IMG/VR virus record: IMGVR_UViG_3300005323_000037
Coordinates: 51,988-115,987 of that record
Length of the DNA: 64,000 bases
Source: a virus
Taxonomy: Duplodnaviria; Heunggongvirae; Uroviricota; Caudoviricetes
Reading direction: 5' to 3' (one strand)
The position numbers and the translations under genes are program-made. The notes below the pieces were generated by a model that was not told where the DNA came from, ran no database searches, and saw only the letters and a program-made list of their open reading frames with translations. The stretch's first letter is position 1. Each line of letters opens with the position of its first letter. Positions 45,601-55,280 of this stretch are shown in pieces.

Positions 45601-45643
45601 TTTGGATTATCCAAGTCTTAGGATTATACAAAGGAGAAGAGTA

Positions 45644-46000
45644 ATGCGTAAGCCAACAAATAAATTAGAGAAACATGTTGCAGCTTGGTTAAAGAGGGAA
45701 GGCAAGGAATATCCAGACAAGGAGCAAGGAGTATTAGATGGTCTAGTATACGGTGGCTGTGCTAGCGGTATGGTAACTCATTTAGTCTACTACACTGATA
45801 CTACAGAATTCTATAAGCACTATCAAGCTGAGATTATAGAAGTGCTGTATAATGTGCTCAAAGGAAGGCGCCTGTCTATTGCTGGGTTGCTTGGCAATGG
45901 CTGGGATCGAGATGATCCACTAGCAATGGATGTGTATAATCAGAATGTAATAGTATGGTTTGTGTTTGAAGAGGTGGCGCGTAGACTAATGGAGGAATAA
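45644..46000 (+). CDS. Hypothetical protein
   Basis: Start moved to MRKPTNK with an AGGAGAAGAG RBS. Confidence 0.3.
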   Translation: MRKPTNKLEKHVAAWLKREGKEYPDKEQGVLDGLVYGGCASGMVTHLVYYTDTTEFYKHYQAEIIEVLYNVLKGRRLSIAGLLGNGWDRDDPLAMDVYNQNVIVWFVFEEVARRLMEE

Positions 46001-46267
46001 ATGTTGTATGTATATTTGATAAGTTATGGCGATAAAATTTATGGCGTTACGGTATCTATTGAGGAGGCGCTAAATCTTGCTACAAAAATACAAAATAGAC
46101 GCTGTCTAGATGGGGATAAAGTTGAGATCGTATACGGGAAATACGATGGCACTCCAGAAAAAGTAATTATAGTACGGGATGGTCGCGTGATTAGAGAAAT
46201 ATGCATTGACCCAATAATCATGCTAAGCGCACCAAGTAAAATAGTTGCGTGGGTACAAGAAGAATGA
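46001..46267 (+). CDS. Hypothetical small protein
   Basis: 88-aa ORF. Confidence 0.3.
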   Translation: MLYVYLISYGDKIYGVTVSIEEALNLATKIQNRRCLDGDKVEIVYGKYDGTPEKVIIVRDGRVIREICIDPIIMLSAPSKIVAWVQEE

Positions 46268-46443
46268 CAACGATTGATAAGCTGATTGCGCCTAAAATAT
46301 TCAAGCCAGATGCTGCTAAAAAGCTAGTCGAAAGATTGAATTCAGAAAAGGATGGCTGGATTTATAGAATCAAGCTAGGCAATGGTGGCGTAAAAATTGC
46401 CGTCTACGATGCCGCTGATAATACGTTCCTAGGTTATCTATAA
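46249..46443 (+). CDS. Hypothetical small protein
   Basis: 64-aa ORF. Confidence 0.25.
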   Translation: MGTRRMTTIDKLIAPKIFKPDAAKKLVERLNSEKDGWIYRIKLGNGGVKIAVYDAADNTFLGYL

Positions 46444-46454
46444 GGAGTAATAAA

Positions 46455-46904
46455 ATGACTGATTTTGCTGTTGGTGATCGCGTAATCGTTCGCGACGACC
46501 ATATTAATTTAGAGAACGGTACAGGTACGGTCGTTACTGGACTGAGAAACACTTATGTAACAGTAAAATTGGATAATCCGCCAAAAGAATGGGGAGATTC
46601 AAGTACATGTCTATTCTATCCCAAGGAGTTAATGCTGCTCAATGATAAATGTATGTATGTAGTCTGGCTACCAATCGACCTCGATAATGGTGAGTTTGAA
46701 TTAATCGCTACTGCCAGCACGGAAGAGCTAGCTATCAAATATGCTTTCGATGAGGTTAGAAAGTTCTACAAGTATGACATCACTGACTGCGAGATTAGTA
46801 AATGGTCATTAGGAAAGATCATTTGGGTAGGCGCAATTAGTAATGCAACTAACTCTCTTATGCAGAGAGAATATGCAGTCGAGTGTGTACCATTTATCGG
46901 ATAA
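46455..46904 (+). CDS. SH3/KOW-like GDRV-family protein
   Basis: N-terminal AVGDRVIVRDD. Confidence 0.3.
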   Translation: MTDFAVGDRVIVRDDHINLENGTGTVVTGLRNTYVTVKLDNPPKEWGDSSTCLFYPKELMLLNDKCMYVVWLPIDLDNGEFELIATASTEELAIKYAFDEVRKFYKYDITDCEISKWSLGKIIWVGAISNATNSLMQREYAVECVPFIG

Positions 46905-46931
46905 CTTGGATAATCCAAAAAGGAGAATACT

Positions 46932-47597
46932 ATGTCTGATCAATTTGAATATGCAAAGTACACGAGTCAAAACTATATCAGAGACGGTGATTATGCCGGT
47001 CATTGGGAGGATACCGATATTGATGGCGAGGATCGTTTATACTGTGGCGATCTAGAAGAATGTACCACTGGTGATCTGATGGTCATCCCATATACTGTCT
47101 ACTCAGACTATAGTGGTAGCACAGTTGATCGTTCTAACTGCGATGTATTTCTTGAGCGTTACGGTAAGCGAGCCGATGTATGGGAAACCTATGGCGGATT
47201 TGGCACACGCGGTGTAATCATGCGACGCAGGGTATATGACGATCCTCAGACTGAGGAAGAGGAAGAGATCAGAGAATGTATTGATAGTCTGTTCAATTAC
47301 CCGCTGATCGACGAGGAGCATCATTCTAATCTAGAATTTGAGCTTGAAGAAGAGGGCTGGAATGATTACGGCAGAGACGACTTGCGACGCGCGCTGAAGA
47401 AATCTGCTATTTATACTGATGAAGAGCTAGATGATATCAGCGATGAAGTTCTAGATTGGATGTGGTATGTAGTTTGTGATGTAGAGGCAATTTATCCGCT
47501 CTTTGAAGACGCGGTTAGCTGCTACTTCTATATTGATGAAGCAGTCAAGGCGTGGAACAAAGATATCTTGAAGGATAAGGAGGATAACAATGGCTAG
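46932..47597 (+). CDS. Hypothetical highly acidic protein
   Basis: 221 aa, D/E-rich. Confidence 0.3.
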   Translation: MSDQFEYAKYTSQNYIRDGDYAGHWEDTDIDGEDRLYCGDLEECTTGDLMVIPYTVYSDYSGSTVDRSNCDVFLERYGKRADVWETYGGFGTRGVIMRRRVYDDPQTEEEEEIRECIDSLFNYPLIDEEHHSNLEFELEEEGWNDYGRDDLRRALKKSAIYTDEELDDISDEVLDWMWYVVCDVEAIYPLFEDAVSCYFYIDEAVKAWNKDILKDKEDNNG

Positions 47598-47934
47598 TCC
47601 AATCTTTATTCAAGAAGAGTATGTAGACGTATCGGATAGCGAGCATCAGTATAGCACTGGCACAAGTGAGGTGTACGAGACCACTTACACTACTAATGAA
47701 GTTGGCGATCTATACCGCGCGCTTCAAAAAGAGCATGGCAGGTGTGTCAGTAAAGTATACATTGATCGCAAGAATGGTGAGCCAAGAGCAATTGGCTGGG
47801 TATTTCGTAAGCGCGAAAGGAGAGACCATTGCTATAAAAGTAGCGACACGTATTTGCTTGAAACTTGGGTAACGCTATATTCAGGCAAGCCAATAACTAC
47901 TGTTACTTATACTGAACCAATTGTAATTGGATAA
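47590..47934 (+). CDS. Hypothetical protein
   Basis: 114-aa ORF. Confidence 0.3.
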   Translation: MASPIFIQEEYVDVSDSEHQYSTGTSEVYETTYTTNEVGDLYRALQKEHGRCVSKVYIDRKNGEPRAIGWVFRKRERRDHCYKSSDTYLLETWVTLYSGKPITTVTYTEPIVIG

Positions 47935-47954
47935 TCTAATAGGAGGAACTCATA

Positions 47955-48254
47955 ATGGAATACAAACAGGGTAGGCAAATCTCATATAGCACTCATGGAC
48001 AAGCATATTCTACTAACGGCGATGCGTACAGTGTTCATGGCGATGCGACATCAGTTAATGGAGATGCTTACAGTCTTCATGGTTACGCTAAATCTGGAAG
48101 CGGCAACGCATATAGCATTCATGGCTGGGCGCACAGCGATACTGGTAATTGCTATACTGGAGGAAAGGCGCATCAAGCATTTGATGAGATTGAAGCATAC
48201 ATAGAACGCAGAAATCCCGATGGAACTCCAAGGTGGAATGGGGATAAAAAGTAG
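47955..48254 (+). CDS. His/Tyr-rich tandem-repeat protein (octapeptide repeats GDAYSxHG)
   Basis: At least six imperfect repeats, with a matching nucleotide periodicity of about 24 nt. Confidence 0.35.
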   Translation: MEYKQGRQISYSTHGQAYSTNGDAYSVHGDATSVNGDAYSLHGYAKSGSGNAYSIHGWAHSDTGNCYTGGKAHQAFDEIEAYIERRNPDGTPRWNGDKK

Positions 48255-48284
48255 ATTGGATAATCTAATAGGAGAGCATAGACA

Positions 48285-48629
48285 ATGGACGTAATGATTA
48301 GAGAAACTGGTGACATCAAGCAGCTTCATTACCACATCAATGGTATTGATGCTGCCATGGACTTCATTGGCAACAATACATACAATCCGGAAATCAACGC
48401 TGACGGCATTGTGGTCATGAGCCAAGATGATTACGATTGGTGGAAGCGAGTTATTATTGACCACGCTGCAAAAGATCGCTTAATTGATGTGTATGTACAG
48501 ATGTATAGTAGAGAGGAAGTAGAGGAAGCGTTGGAGAAGACGCACGTATTGGACGTAGATATTGATCTTCAACTTGGAAGCGTTAGATATCAACTTGCCA
48601 AATGGTTCGATGAAGATACTGTACTGTAG
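48285..48629 (+). CDS. Hypothetical protein
   Basis: 114-aa ORF. Confidence 0.3.
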   Translation: MDVMIRETGDIKQLHYHINGIDAAMDFIGNNTYNPEINADGIVVMSQDDYDWWKRVIIDHAAKDRLIDVYVQMYSREEVEEALEKTHVLDVDIDLQLGSVRYQLAKWFDEDTVL

Positions 48630-48735
48630 GCATTAGCTTACTACAGTCCAATCTGTACCTGGGGAATAAAACTAATTTTGGGAACGCGCAACTTACTCGA
48701 AACGGATTTGGATAATCCAAATTAGGAGATTAACT

Positions 48736-49191
48736 ATGCTCACTCTATTTTGTACCAACTGTCACACTACTTGGTATATTGATCCTGAAGAAGCTAGCTA
48801 CTTTGGCTTGGATACTAGCTTACCCAAACAAGACATTGCTTGCTGTGCTGTCATTGGACAAGAGTGTATTCCAACTGAGGCAGATGTAACATGCGAACGT
48901 TCAGTTGCGGAGCTTGGTAGCATATCTACTGCCACAATGCGAGTAGAGGACTTGTTACCAATCTTCACTGAAGTGCTATCATATCTCGATACGCTCAGTG
49001 AATACACTTGGCTAATTGATGAGTGCGAGCAGATTATTGCAAGAGCGGACTGGGATTCAGAAGAAACATTTTACGTACTGAATGAAAGCCTATGGGATGC
49101 GCTAGATTCATTCAGTCCAGAAGGCGCATACTTTGGAGCACATCCAGGTGATGGATCGGATTACGGTTACTGGATGGCGGAGGAAGAATAA
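48736..49191 (+). CDS. Hypothetical acidic protein
   Basis: 151-aa ORF. Confidence 0.3.
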   Translation: MLTLFCTNCHTTWYIDPEEASYFGLDTSLPKQDIACCAVIGQECIPTEADVTCERSVAELGSISTATMRVEDLLPIFTEVLSYLDTLSEYTWLIDECEQIIARADWDSEETFYVLNESLWDALDSFSPEGAYFGAHPGDGSDYGYWMAEEE

Positions 49192-49204
49192 TTGGAGAAA
49201 GTTT

Positions 49205-49501
49205 ATGATTGAATACTGTTACCTGCTACGCGCTAATCATTACTATGCTGGCGCAGGTAATCCAATCGGTATAGCCACAACTATTGCTAAAGCTAAGCAA
49301 TTAGCTAAAGCATACCTGGCTCACGAAGCCGCATATGAAGGAGTAGAATGGAAAGGTAAGATGCTATCCCTACAAGAAGGCATTTGTGATCGTCAATTGG
49401 TAGTGTGCTGCGATAAGATTAGCATGCTAGTACACATTGATAAGCTGCCACTGAACGATCTTGAAGATTACTATAAGTTGGATAATCCAAATCGGAAATA
49501 G
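49205..49501 (+). CDS. Hypothetical protein
   Basis: Start moved to MIEYCY. Confidence 0.3.
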   Translation: MIEYCYLLRANHYYAGAGNPIGIATTIAKAKQLAKAYLAHEAAYEGVEWKGKMLSLQEGICDRQLVVCCDKISMLVHIDKLPLNDLEDYYKLDNPNRK

Positions 49502-49512
49502 GAGCAACAATC

Positions 49513-50289
49513 ATGGAAATCCGCTATTCAAACGATGTACCAGATGACAGTTATTTCTTGGGGCATGATGTAGAGCCAATTGTAGGTAAACGAGTTACTG
49601 TACTTTACAACGGCAATGGCAAAGGTGGCAAATGGGGTAGGCCAGGAGTAACTAGCACTGCTGTAGTACAAGAGAAGAACTTTCTTGCTATTCATGTTGG
49701 CTATCATCATAAGTATGGTGGCGGACAGTTCTGGCGCTACTATAATATTAATGGTCTAGGCATCGCTACACAAATTACATGGCGCAGTCTGTCAGATGAA
49801 ATGCGCGAGACTGTACTGGATAATTGGCAAGACTTTGCACCTGCATGGGCACGCTGTCCAGGTAAGTTGCGTTCAGCATATATTAGTCCTAAACAGAATA
49901 AGTTTACTGCATTCAAGATTGTAGAAGTCCTTGATGACGGGTCATTTGAAAGCCTTTATGATCATACTAAATATGTAATTGGTCGTACTATGACTCAGCG
50001 CGCTCTTCGGCATCACAATGGTGGCTACTATGTTTATCCGGGCAGTGATGCCAAGGAGAGATTCTTAGCTGGCAAGATTGCGTATAGATACCCAGGCAGA
50101 TTTGCTATACTGGAATGCGAATGTTGGGGCAATACTGTTCGCTATGATAGTAGTGGCAATTGTATTGATGACGCATGGTATTGTGATGATATGAATGCGC
50201 ACAAGATAGCGGTAACATACTGTAAGCCAATTACTGTACGTGAAGAGTTTAGAATAATGGCCGAAGATGTTGGTAGATGGTCTAAATAA
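49513..50289 (+). CDS. Hypothetical protein
   Basis: 258-aa ORF. Confidence 0.3.
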   Translation: MEIRYSNDVPDDSYFLGHDVEPIVGKRVTVLYNGNGKGGKWGRPGVTSTAVVQEKNFLAIHVGYHHKYGGGQFWRYYNINGLGIATQITWRSLSDEMRETVLDNWQDFAPAWARCPGKLRSAYISPKQNKFTAFKIVEVLDDGSFESLYDHTKYVIGRTMTQRALRHHNGGYYVYPGSDAKERFLAGKIAYRYPGRFAILECECWGNTVRYDSSGNCIDDAWYCDDMNAHKIAVTYCKPITVREEFRIMAEDVGRWSK

Positions 50290-50301
50290 TAAGGAGGCAA
50301 T

Positions 50302-50496
50302 ATGTTTAATGTAGGCGATCGCGTAGTGGTAGTAGATTATCCTAATAATGATAATACTATTATTGGCGCGATCGGGGTGGTATATAGTATTGAGGGGTCC
50401 TTTGTTTGCGTGAATTTAGATACCGCCCCATCTGGTTACAGTAGCGGAGAGTATTTTCTATTTCAGCCTAGTGAGTTAAGGAAAGTAGAGGGATAA
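50302..50496 (+). CDS. SH3/KOW-like GDRV-family small protein
   Basis: MFNVGDRVVVVDY. Confidence 0.3.
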   Translation: MFNVGDRVVVVDYPNNDNTIIGAIGVVYSIEGSFVCVNLDTAPSGYSSGEYFLFQPSELRKVEG

Positions 50497-50498
50497 CA

Positions 50499-50867
50499 GT
50501 GTTCAAGAAGAATGATCGAGTCAAAGTTTGGACGTGGCTAATTGCTGGAAACAATATTTATATAGGACGATTTGGCACAGTTACAGATGACCCAATTGTT
50601 TATGTGCGCGTCTTGCTGGATGGCGACGCTTATTCTACACCATTTCTACCTGGCGAGCTAGAGCTTGATGTAAAATTCAAGGCTGGCGACCGTGTAAAAG
50701 TAATCGACTATCTTGTAAGAGACCTCGACCCTAACTTTGTTGGCTCAGTCGGAACAGTAGCTGAAATTGATAAATATATCTATGTAATTCTTGATGAGCA
50801 CAGTGAATGTGAGAGATGGCTATTTGAATCCTACGAATTGAAACACTGCGATGCCGCTTCTGTTTAG
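50499..50867 (+). CDS. SH3/KOW-like GDRV-family protein (two repeats)
   Basis: KNDRVKVWTW and KAGDRVKVIDY. GTG start. Confidence 0.3.
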   Translation: MFKKNDRVKVWTWLIAGNNIYIGRFGTVTDDPIVYVRVLLDGDAYSTPFLPGELELDVKFKAGDRVKVIDYLVRDLDPNFVGSVGTVAEIDKYIYVILDEHSECERWLFESYELKHCDAASV

Positions 50868-51039
50868 AATGCTAGCAGTAATAGCCTTACTGTTCTGTAT
50901 GAGTTTCTCACTAGGACTAGCTTATGAATCACTAACCGATCCATTTGGTTCCAGTGCTGGGATCATTATCTCGGCAATCATCTCAGCATTCGGCTTCCTT
51001 ACTTTACTGATTTACTTTCTAATTCTCATTACTAGCTAA
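50851..51039 (+). CDS. Small membrane protein
   Basis: Two hydrophobic helices. Confidence 0.3.
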   Translation: MPLLFRMLAVIALLFCMSFSLGLAYESLTDPFGSSAGIIISAIISAFGFLTLLIYFLILITS

Positions 51040-51050
51040 GGAGAACTATC

Positions 51051-51251
51051 ATGTCGGCCAAGAGACTAGTTAATCATGCCTTACGTCGCGTGATGAAGAA
51101 GTACGCTAGGCCGTGTCAGCTAAATCTGCTAATGGATTTTCTAGAGGAAGTACATATCGCGACGCGTGATGTACGGTTGTTGCAAAGGTTTCCGCCAGTA
51201 GCGCGCAAGGATTTGGATAATCCAAAAGGAGGCATTGGTTATGGATGCTAG
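51051..51251 (+). CDS. Hypothetical small protein
   Basis: 66-aa ORF. Confidence 0.25.
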   Translation: MSAKRLVNHALRRVMKKYARPCQLNLLMDFLEEVHIATRDVRLLQRFPPVARKDLDNPKGGIGYGC

Positions 51252-51594
51252 GCTGCAATATACATTGGATTGGATGAAGCGTACTGGTAAATCGTATGCA
51301 AAAATTGACATGAACGTTGTTGTTGACCTAGCTGATAGGGCAGGTAGCCATTGGTTTAGCCCTAATGCGATGCGTAGTTTTAGTACACGCCTGCCAAGGC
51401 TAGCTATACTAACCGCTACTGGACTCATGTACTTTGTCTCATCAGATAAGACGCCATCTGGCCGCATGTACGCGATTCGTCTAGTGAATCCAGAGACGAT
51501 GAATATCACATCATTGATGAGCTACATTGGCTCACGTAAGCGTGCTTGGAAATTAATGTATGAGGAAATAGAAAGGAACTCGAACAATGGATAG
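51241..51594 (+). CDS. Hypothetical protein
   Basis: Start moved to MDARLQ. Confidence 0.3.
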   Translation: MDARLQYTLDWMKRTGKSYAKIDMNVVVDLADRAGSHWFSPNAMRSFSTRLPRLAILTATGLMYFVSSDKTPSGRMYAIRLVNPETMNITSLMSYIGSRKRAWKLMYEEIERNSNNG

Positions 51595-51931
51595 AGAATT
51601 TATGGCTATTACTGCTGACCTACTGAATGATATTCGGGCCAACGCCAACGCGATTCAGTATAACAAGGAACGTGTGGAGTCGCTTGAGCAACAGATTGCC
51701 CATCTCGAAGCAGTGATCGAGTCGGATCGAAAGTCAGTTGACATTCTTAATCAGATTGTAACTAGCGCCTGGGCAACCAATAGCTTACTGAGCTATGCCG
51801 TTCTCTTTGATAACTTTGTCTACTTCTATATGGGTGACAGGCTAATCAGAGTATCGAAGTCTACATGGTATAATGAAGTGGCGACCAGGGATTTGTATAC
51901 CTTGATTGAGGTAGGGGAGGATAAGCAATGA
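51587..51931 (+). CDS. Hypothetical protein
   Basis: 114-aa ORF. Confidence 0.3.
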   Translation: MDREFMAITADLLNDIRANANAIQYNKERVESLEQQIAHLEAVIESDRKSVDILNQIVTSAWATNSLLSYAVLFDNFVYFYMGDRLIRVSKSTWYNEVATRDLYTLIEVGEDKQ

Positions 51932-52218
51932 AAATGTATATAGTCTGCTATTCAAACACTACCTGGAGAGGTGATTATCATCCAATATGCGCGGTTGCCG
52001 ATTTTGAACTAGCATTTGAGATCACTTGCAAAGCTGCTGAAAGTATTGGTAAAAATATGAAATATGCACACCTGTACGACGCGTATACTGACGGCTATAA
52101 TTATGTTTGGTTCGATGAGATAGACACTGTTGATAGTGTAGAGAACGCGAGTGAATGGATACAACTTGCTCACGATCTTTCTACTGGCTTGTATGTGGGC
52201 GCTGCTGAGTGGAGATAG
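51928..52218 (+). CDS. Hypothetical protein
   Basis: 96-aa ORF. Confidence 0.3.
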   Translation: MKMYIVCYSNTTWRGDYHPICAVADFELAFEITCKAAESIGKNMKYAHLYDAYTDGYNYVWFDEIDTVDSVENASEWIQLAHDLSTGLYVGAAEWR

Positions 52219-52221
52219 AAC

Positions 52222-52485
52222 ATGAAATTAGTATACGCTGTACTATTCTCTGAAGGTATCGGCTGGGATACCGGTTCTCTGATAGCGGTTGCTAATAGTA
52301 AGGATGAAGCATTTGGAATCGCTCGCTACTATGCTTGCTTGCTACTCTATACTGAAGTAGAGCGCGAGGTAATAGACACTTCAGGATTCTCATTAGTAAT
52401 TTCAATGAGGAGTGGCGACTCTGTACTTGTCAAGGAGTATAAGATTCAGACACTCAAATCTTTTATCAAGGATGGTAGGCAATAA
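52222..52485 (+). CDS. Hypothetical protein
   Basis: 87-aa ORF. Confidence 0.3.
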   Translation: MKLVYAVLFSEGIGWDTGSLIAVANSKDEAFGIARYYACLLLYTEVEREVIDTSGFSLVISMRSGDSVLVKEYKIQTLKSFIKDGRQ

Positions 52486-52605
52486 GATGGACGACATTGT
52501 ATTTGCTAAACACGTTGCTAGTATGGAGGATCGTCTTGCAAAGACAATAGAAGAACACTCGCTTAGAGTGATTCATTCGGCGGGAATTACTTCACCGTAA
52601 GATGC

Positions 52606-52884
52606 TTGAAATTTATTGATGACGGGCACGTTGTGTGCGGAACTGTTATTGATGGTATTGAATGCATAACGCTTGATTATTTAGACTATACCACACACGT
52701 GCTTGAATGGAGGTCGCCAAATAGTATACTTGTAAACGAATTTGTGTTTGACTGTATGGATCATACTGAACTATATACATCTACCGTATCTATCCTATCC
52801 CCTCTCGTCAGGTATAGAAAGCTTAACGAAGTGTGTCCGCAATGCGGCGAGATAATTCATGTACGTACATATTATGGAGGGTAG
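52606..52884 (+). CDS. Hypothetical Cys-containing protein
   Basis: 92-aa ORF. Confidence 0.3.
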   Translation: MKFIDDGHVVCGTVIDGIECITLDYLDYTTHVLEWRSPNSILVNEFVFDCMDHTELYTSTVSILSPLVRYRKLNEVCPQCGEIIHVRTYYGG

Positions 52885-52887
52885 ACA

Positions 52888-53121
52888 ATGAATGTATATT
52901 TACTGTACGTAGAAGACGGCTTACTGAACTGGATTGTACTAGGGGTATTCTCTACTTGGGAGCTAGCATATAATTACATAGATAGCGATACTGATAAGAT
53001 ACTGGACCAAGGAAGTCTTTGGACATTTGACCAGATCACTAAGGGCAAGATTGATGCTAAGAGATTGGAGTGTCGCGGTATGACATACTACATCGAGCAG
53101 CGTACAGTGGTAGACAAATGA
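52888..53121 (+). CDS. Hypothetical small protein
   Basis: 77-aa ORF. Confidence 0.3.
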   Translation: MNVYLLYVEDGLLNWIVLGVFSTWELAYNYIDSDTDKILDQGSLWTFDQITKGKIDAKRLECRGMTYYIEQRTVVDK

Positions 53122-53297
53122 AGCGAGTAAAAATCAATCGTAGAGAATATCGGGCCTTTGTATCTTGGAGCAGATGCTTCGTCATGCAAGATGTTAGGCG
53201 TACCAATCTGGCATTGCGCAAGTGGGAGCATTATGTGCTCGATCATAGCGACCGACTATTTGCACGCATCAATAAATTATACGGAGAGGAACAATAA
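53118..53297 (+). CDS. Hypothetical small basic protein
   Basis: Start moved to MKRVKIN. Confidence 0.25.
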   Translation: MKRVKINRREYRAFVSWSRCFVMQDVRRTNLALRKWEHYVLDHSDRLFARINKLYGEEQ

Positions 53298-53299
53298 TT

Positions 53300-53626
53300 A
53301 TGAGGATGCTTGATCTATTAACAATTGATGATGATGAAGAGTTTACAGCCACAGTACATAAGCATAGCGTAGATATTATCAAATGTATTCTTGATATACT
53401 GCTCAAACCTGATATAGAGCAGCTAAAACTGGATGATAGAATAGTAGAAATAATAAGCGCCGGAGCATGCGATATACTACAAAGCGTTATTGCTAAAAGA
53501 GGAAGCGATAAGCGCGCTATATATGAGTGCGTTGAGGGCATTGTAACATCTTCTTATATGGTCGGCCAACTTAGTGTAGACAATCTTGTTGAACTATATG
53601 AAAGGAATTTCAATGAAACTGTCTGA
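53300..53626 (+). CDS. Tandem paralogue 1 of a four-gene family (MxLxxLLxIDDxEEF...)
   Basis: Aligns with the next three ORFs along its full length. Confidence 0.35.
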   Translation: MRMLDLLTIDDDEEFTATVHKHSVDIIKCILDILLKPDIEQLKLDDRIVEIISAGACDILQSVIAKRGSDKRAIYECVEGIVTSSYMVGQLSVDNLVELYERNFNETV

Positions 53627-53930
53627 GCTACTTGCAATTGAGAGCGACGAGGAATTTACTGGCAAAGTACATAAGTATAGTGTAAGTGTTACTGAGTGCA
53701 TTTTAGTTGCGCTGCTCGAATCTAATGTAGAACAACTAGAACTAGATAATAGGATAGTGGAAGCAATAAGTATTGGAGCACACGATGTATTACAAAGCGT
53801 TGCTGCTAGAGAGGGAATTGGTGAGAGCGCTGTATATAAGTGTGTTGAAGGCGTTGTTGCATCGGCTTATATAGCTGGACAACTTGGCGTAAGTAATCTT
53901 GTAAAATTATGCAAAGAGGAACTCCTATGA
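53613..53930 (+). CDS. Tandem paralogue 2 (MKLSELLAIESDEEF...)
   Basis: Start moved to MKLSELL. Confidence 0.35.
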   Translation: MKLSELLAIESDEEFTGKVHKYSVSVTECILVALLESNVEQLELDNRIVEAISIGAHDVLQSVAAREGIGESAVYKCVEGVVASAYIAGQLGVSNLVKLCKEELL

Positions 53931-54259
53931 AACTGTCTGAGCTACTGGCAATTGAGGATCATACAGAATTTTGGAATGCAGCGCTTGAGCATAGCGTGGA
54001 CGCCATTGGCGAGCTTGAAGATAGACTGAAATCAATATTACGGTCAGGCTTAGACGATCGTCTAGTAATGGTTTTCGGCGTGGTCGCATATAATCTGCTG
54101 CAATTTGTCATACGTTCTGTTCTGGCTGGTGAAGAGAAGAATGAGTATGCTGTATACGAATTTCTTTGCGGCACCATTGGCAACGCGTATATAATGGGGC
54201 AGATTGGCGCGAGCAATCTCATCAAATCACTTGAAGAGGACAATCATGAAGCTATCTGA
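53927..54259 (+). CDS. Tandem paralogue 3 (MKLSELLAIEDHTEF...)
   Basis: Start moved to MKLSELL. Confidence 0.35.
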   Translation: MKLSELLAIEDHTEFWNAALEHSVDAIGELEDRLKSILRSGLDDRLVMVFGVVAYNLLQFVIRSVLAGEEKNEYAVYEFLCGTIGNAYIMGQIGASNLIKSLEEDNHEAI

Positions 54260-54605
54260 ATACTTGAGCTTGCCTACTGTACCCGATCAAATTGATGCCA
54301 TCGACAATCATGGACATGAACTTCTCGCTGCAATTGCTGCGTCCGTAGATTACCTGCCCACACTAGACAGTAAGGAGATGGCTATGTGTGGACTAATGAG
54401 TGTCATTATTGAAAACCTTGCTATGATAACGAGCAGCGCTTCTGTATTTGTTGTTGATGTCATGACTATAGCTATGCTTTTATATAAGATTGCTAGCATG
54501 GACTTATCTGTATTTGCCGAGCATGTTGATGGAGTGAACTTGGATAATCCAATTTCAATTAGAAGCACTATCAACTTTCTTACCGAGCGACTGGCAGAGG
54601 AATAA
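54246..54605 (+). CDS. Tandem paralogue 4, divergent (MKLSEYLSLPTV...)
   Basis: Start moved to MKLSEY. Confidence 0.3.
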   Translation: MKLSEYLSLPTVPDQIDAIDNHGHELLAAIAASVDYLPTLDSKEMAMCGLMSVIIENLAMITSSASVFVVDVMTIAMLLYKIASMDLSVFAEHVDGVNLDNPISIRSTINFLTERLAEE

Positions 54606-54610
54606 AATGT

Positions 54611-55069
54611 ATGCTAATTGTATTTGGAGTGATAGTTATTGTACTGATAGTAATTGGAGTAGTACGCAGGAGTGTGTTTGATAGCGTCAAAGCAGTCAAT
54701 ACATGTAAGGCAATTGACTATGCATATCTAAATTCTCAGTCAGATACTGTTCAATCACCCGTAGCGCGCTACCATGGTACAATCATTACTGATGAAGCAC
54801 GCGTGCGTGAAATCATGTCTGCCGAGGACTACGCCGCGGCTACGGTAAATGGTACGCAGCAACTAGAAGCCATTCCTAAGCTAACCGTTAGCGACGACGT
54901 AGCAATTGTTCAGTATCCCGATCATCAGCAAGTAATCAGAGCAGATCAGAACACGTTAGTTGTAGTGGAGTCTAAGTATGGTGCACCCAATGCTAGGCAG
55001 GTTGTACTGGACTTGCCCGCGGTATTAGAAATTCTATGGCGATTCAAAATCATTGAGAGGATAGAATAA
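54611..55069 (+). CDS. N-terminally membrane-anchored protein
   Basis: MLIVFGVIVIVLIVIGVV TM helix. Confidence 0.3.
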   Translation: MLIVFGVIVIVLIVIGVVRRSVFDSVKAVNTCKAIDYAYLNSQSDTVQSPVARYHGTIITDEARVREIMSAEDYAAATVNGTQQLEAIPKLTVSDDVAIVQYPDHQQVIRADQNTLVVVESKYGAPNARQVVLDLPAVLEILWRFKIIERIE

Positions 55070-55070
55070 T

Positions 55071-55280
55071 ATGAGCGACTATGTTACTAGCTGGGAAGAC
55101 TTGAAGAGTATCATGGCTGATAAGGGGCATTGCTTTTATTGCTATGTAAGCTCTAGCATTGTGTATCAGGCATTACTGTCGGATGATCAAGGACGCTTAC
55201 CGGATGGCAGACAAGTTTACTTTACTCAGGTTGGTAATCTAGAAATCTTTGGAGCAGATTTTATGGGAAGTGAATCATGA
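55071..55280 (+). CDS. Hypothetical small protein
   Basis: 69-aa ORF. Confidence 0.25.
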   Translation: MSDYVTSWEDLKSIMADKGHCFYCYVSSSIVYQALLSDDQGRLPDGRQVYFTQVGNLEIFGADFMGSES

